Source: a virus
Lineage: Duplodnaviria; Heunggongvirae; Uroviricota; Caudoviricetes
Virus record (IMG/VR): IMGVR_UViG_3300012956_000001
Location: 1-64,000 of that record
Length of the DNA stretch: 64,000 nucleotides
Strand: one strand, 5' to 3'
Shown here one piece after another: positions 61,699 through 64,000 of the stretch; within the stretch, counting starts at the first letter, position 1; each line of letters opens with the position of its first letter. The notes below the pieces were generated by a model. It made no database searches, was not told where the DNA came from, and was given only the letters and a program-made list of their open reading frames with translations. The position numbers and the translations under genes were made by a program.

Positions 61699-62021
61699 TG
61701 TCAATATACCAAGAACTACAAGATGAAGTTAACGCACGCGTTAACAATCAAGTAATTCTTGATAAGTTGGTCACAGAATTGATCTTTTCAGAGAAAAGAA
61801 CAATCGATGTGGCAGTAGGTCGTGACCGACCAATAAATTCTCCATACGAATATGCCAAAAAACTGAAACGTTATGTGGCAGAGAAAATTTCACTACATAG
61901 AAAGTTTCGTTATGAGTCACAATCGTATGTTGTGGAATGTGATTGGAAGTGGCACGATCTACAAAAACAACGACTTCGTGAAGTTCGCGCTGGTATAAAA
62001 CAGGAATTAATGTCGTATTGA
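61698..62021 (+). CDS. hypothetical protein
   Basis: Translationally coupled (TAATG overlap). Confidence 0.55.
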   Translation: MSIYQELQDEVNARVNNQVILDKLVTELIFSEKRTIDVAVGRDRPINSPYEYAKKLKRYVAEKISLHRKFRYESQSYVVECDWKWHDLQKQRLREVRAGIKQELMSY

Positions 62022-62354
62022 TAACGCAATATCGGGTAATTTGGAGGGGGTTGCCAAAAAACAACCCCTCTATTACCTTTAGGACATGATGAAATACGGC
62101 GGTTTTTGAACCGACCACACTATGTATTAGAAATCCCAACAGGAATTTATTATGACTCATTCACAACGCTGGTTTAAGCAAGCCGATACGAAAGCCACAA
62201 AGCCTAGCTTTGTGTTGCATAATGATCGCTATGCGCTGAACGGCGTAACGATTACTGGTGATAGGGTCACGGATACAAATGGTTGGTAAATAAACCACTT
62301 TAGTATCACGATGTAGACCCCACCAGATGAAAAGTCGGTGGGGTTTTTGTTTTT

Positions 62355-62428
62355 GGGCTGTCGGATGCAAGGTGCGTCGCCTCCCTGTCACGGAGGACAT
62401 CGGGCGGGTTCGATTCCCGTACGGCCCG
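62355..62428 (+). tRNA. tRNA-Asp(GTC)
   Basis: Loop CTGTCAC; T arm. Confidence 0.85.
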
Positions 62429-62431
62429 TAC

Positions 62432-62506
62432 GTCATAGTAGTGTTTAACGGTATAGCACATTACGTTGCCAACGTAAGAGTGTGGGTTCGACTCCCACTT
62501 ATGGCT
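62432..62506 (+). tRNA. tRNA-Gly(GCC)
   Basis: Loop TTGCCAA. Confidence 0.88.
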
Positions 62507-62528
62507 TGAAAATATATGTAGAGGCTAT

Positions 62529-62897
62529 ATGGCAAGTAAAGAATGGATTGCAAAAAACAAAGATAAGATGAAAGAATATCGTCGTATGTGGTATCACAAA
62601 AACAAACAAGAAGAACAGAAAAAGGCCAGACATCGACAAAAATCTAGACGTTCAAATATAAAAGAATGGTTAGATAATTATAAAGCAACATTGAAATGTG
62701 AACGATGTGGATTCTCACATCCAGCAGCATTAGATTTTCATCATAGAGATTCTAGCACAAAAGAATTTACAATAGGATCTCGTAGAACTTTACCATCTAA
62801 TACTAAAACACTAAAAGAAATTGAAAAATGTGAAGTGTTGTGTTCTAATTGCCACAGAATACATCACTATGAAGAACGAAGGGTAGGATCTGTGTGA
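62529..62897 (+). CDS. HNH endonuclease inside the tRNA cluster
   Basis: CERCG..HPAALDFHH, KCEVLCSNCHRIHH. Confidence 0.9.
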   Translation: MASKEWIAKNKDKMKEYRRMWYHKNKQEEQKKARHRQKSRRSNIKEWLDNYKATLKCERCGFSHPAALDFHHRDSSTKEFTIGSRRTLPSNTKTLKEIEKCEVLCSNCHRIHHYEERRVGSV

Positions 62898-62948
62898 TCA
62901 GACCGAACTCCAAATCCGGTCAGCTCAGTTCGATTCTGAGCTACCCTG
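62880..62948 (+). tRNA. tRNA-Trp(CCA) with short D arm
   Basis: AGGGTAG/CTACCCT acceptor; loop CTCCAAA. Confidence 0.7.
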
Positions 62949-62955
62949 TATAATT

Positions 62956-63030
62956 GTCTCTCTGGTGTAGCGGGATTCGCACGACTGTCTGAAAAGCAGT
63001 AGGCTAACGGTTCGACTCCGTTGGGAGACG
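62956..63030 (+). tRNA. tRNA-Phe(GAA)
   Basis: Loop CTGAAAA. Confidence 0.88.
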
Positions 63031-63068
63031 CTTGACAAAATAGAAAATAGGGTATATATTGTAATCAT

Positions 63069-63140
63069 GCCTCCGTAGTGAAATGGATATAACTACGGTC
63101 TTCGGAACCGTCATTGGGGGTTCGAATCCCTCCGGGGGCA
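63069..63140 (+). tRNA. tRNA-Arg(TCG)
   Basis: ACGGT-CTTCGGA-ACCGT. Confidence 0.9.
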
Positions 63141-63146
63141 CTAATT

Positions 63147-63234
63147 GGAAGGTCGGTAGAGACGGTGTGCTGCACCAGTTTGCTAAACTGGCTTACGGGA
63201 AACTGTAATAAGGGTTCGAATCCCTTGCCTTCCG
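63147..63234 (+). tRNA. tRNA-Ser(GCT)
   Basis: Loop TTGCTAA; long variable arm. Confidence 0.88.
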
Positions 63235-63372
63235 TAGATATTATCACACGAGGATGTGGCAAAGCGTTACGCACGGACCCGACGCTGACGTAATTGAATT
63301 TAAACATTAGTATGTCCTAATGTACTTTCAAAGAGGCGCGTGGCAATATCGGGACAAGTAGTGTGATAGTTT

Positions 63373-63461
63373 GGAAACCATCCGGCTGGATGAGGAGCTT
63401 GTTTCGAAAACAAGTAATACAATATTAATTTGTATTGTGGGTTCAAGTCCCACGGTTTCCG
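63373..63461 (+). tRNA. tRNA-Ser(CGA)
   Basis: CTTGT-TTCGAAA-ACAAG; long variable arm. Confidence 0.82.
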
Positions 63462-63473
63462 CTGTAAAATTAT

Positions 63474-63555
63474 GGTGAGTATGCTCGAGCGGACGAGCAC
63501 CGGTCTGTAAAACCGACGACTTATGTCACGGCAGGTTCGAACCCTGCACTCACCA
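63474..63555 (+). tRNA. tRNA-Tyr(GTA)
   Basis: Loop CTGTAAA; variable arm. Confidence 0.88.
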
Positions 63556-63634
63556 CTTGTAAAGCTCATTGATAATAGATGTATGGATGTTAGCGCCCGA
63601 TCATTCCGAGGCGTGTATACAAATATCGGAATTT

Positions 63635-63706
63635 GCCTTGGTCGTTCAATGGATAGGACGATGGTCTACGAAACCATAAATGCAAGTTCGACTCTTGCCT
63701 AGGGCA
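63635..63706 (+). tRNA. tRNA-Arg(ACG)
   Basis: ATGGT-CTACGAA-ACCAT. Confidence 0.9.
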
Positions 63707-63710
63707 TATA

Positions 63711-63784
63711 GAGCAGCGACGTTGGTTCGAATCCAACCGCATGGCGTCCGCGCCGCGTGTAGCATAGTGGTTAGTGCACTGCTC
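63711..63784 (+). tRNA. circularly permuted tRNA-like gene (3' half precedes 5' half)
   Basis: Order: GAGCAG, T arm, 3' acceptor strand, linker, 5' acceptor strand, D arm, CTGCTC. Confidence 0.7.
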
Positions 63785-63794
63785 GTTGAGTCTC

Positions 63795-63867
63795 ACCCCT
63801 ATGGGCGTAATTGGCAACGCTGCTGGCTTTTAACCAGCTGATCACAGTTCGAGTCTGTGTGGGGGTA
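63795..63867 (+). tRNA. tRNA-Lys(TTT)
   Basis: GCTGG-CTTTTAA-CCAGC. Confidence 0.9.
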
Positions 63868-63920
63868 TATTAAGACGATCTACTTAACTAGTTATAGATA
63901 AACTGTAACTGGGAGTATCA

Positions 63921-64000
63921 ATGAACAGTAAAAGTAAGTTAGTGATGGAATCACAACGCAGAAAGAAACTCTTTGCAGTTGAACAATTTGGCGGAAAATG
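63921..64000 (+). CDS. 3'-truncated ORF, probably another HNH endonuclease
   Basis: GGGAG RBS; RRKKLFAVEQFGGK resembles KAIKYLGGKC of the 60976 protein. Confidence 0.5.
   Translation, partial: MNSKSKLVMESQRRKKLFAVEQFGGK

Noticed and set aside
1-64000. Stop-codon reassignment (alternative genetic code)
   Set aside because: Genes are intact and densely packed under the standard code, all three stops are used, and no suppressor tRNA was seen

Overview
A 64 kb segment of a large lytic bacteriophage genome (jumbo/T4-like gene content), with essentially all real genes on the + strand. It has three zones. (1) 1-15.6 kb is AT-richer: a 5'-truncated lyase/glycoside-hydrolase protein, putative virion proteins sharing an N-terminal tag, an amidase endolysin, thyX, GIY-YIG and HNH-type nucleases, and a four-gene Zn-finger paralog array. 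(2) About 16.3-48.2 kb is GC-rich and looks like an early region. It is built from small transcription cassettes, most preceded by a hairpin, a TTGTAACGAAA box and a sigma70-type promoter. It carries rIIA/rIIB, CobT/CobS-like VWA+MoxR ATPase, AT-hook proteins, twin mini-kinases, GNATs, an LspA-like peptidase, tRNAs and unexplained structured RNAs. (3) 48.3-64 kb is AT-richer again: a six-gene paralog array, a macrodomain, a PEP-CTERM surface protein, HNH endonucleases and a tRNA cluster. The most notable observations are an apparently circularly permuted tRNA gene (63711-63784) among several anticodon-aberrant tRNA-like RNAs; about 23 TTGTAACGA boxes helically phased (about 12/22/32 bp) to the -35 hexamer; a phage-expanded family of about 13 proteins sharing one uncharacterised domain; and a ~390-nt structured ncRNA. 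All calls come from reading motifs by eye; no searches were run.
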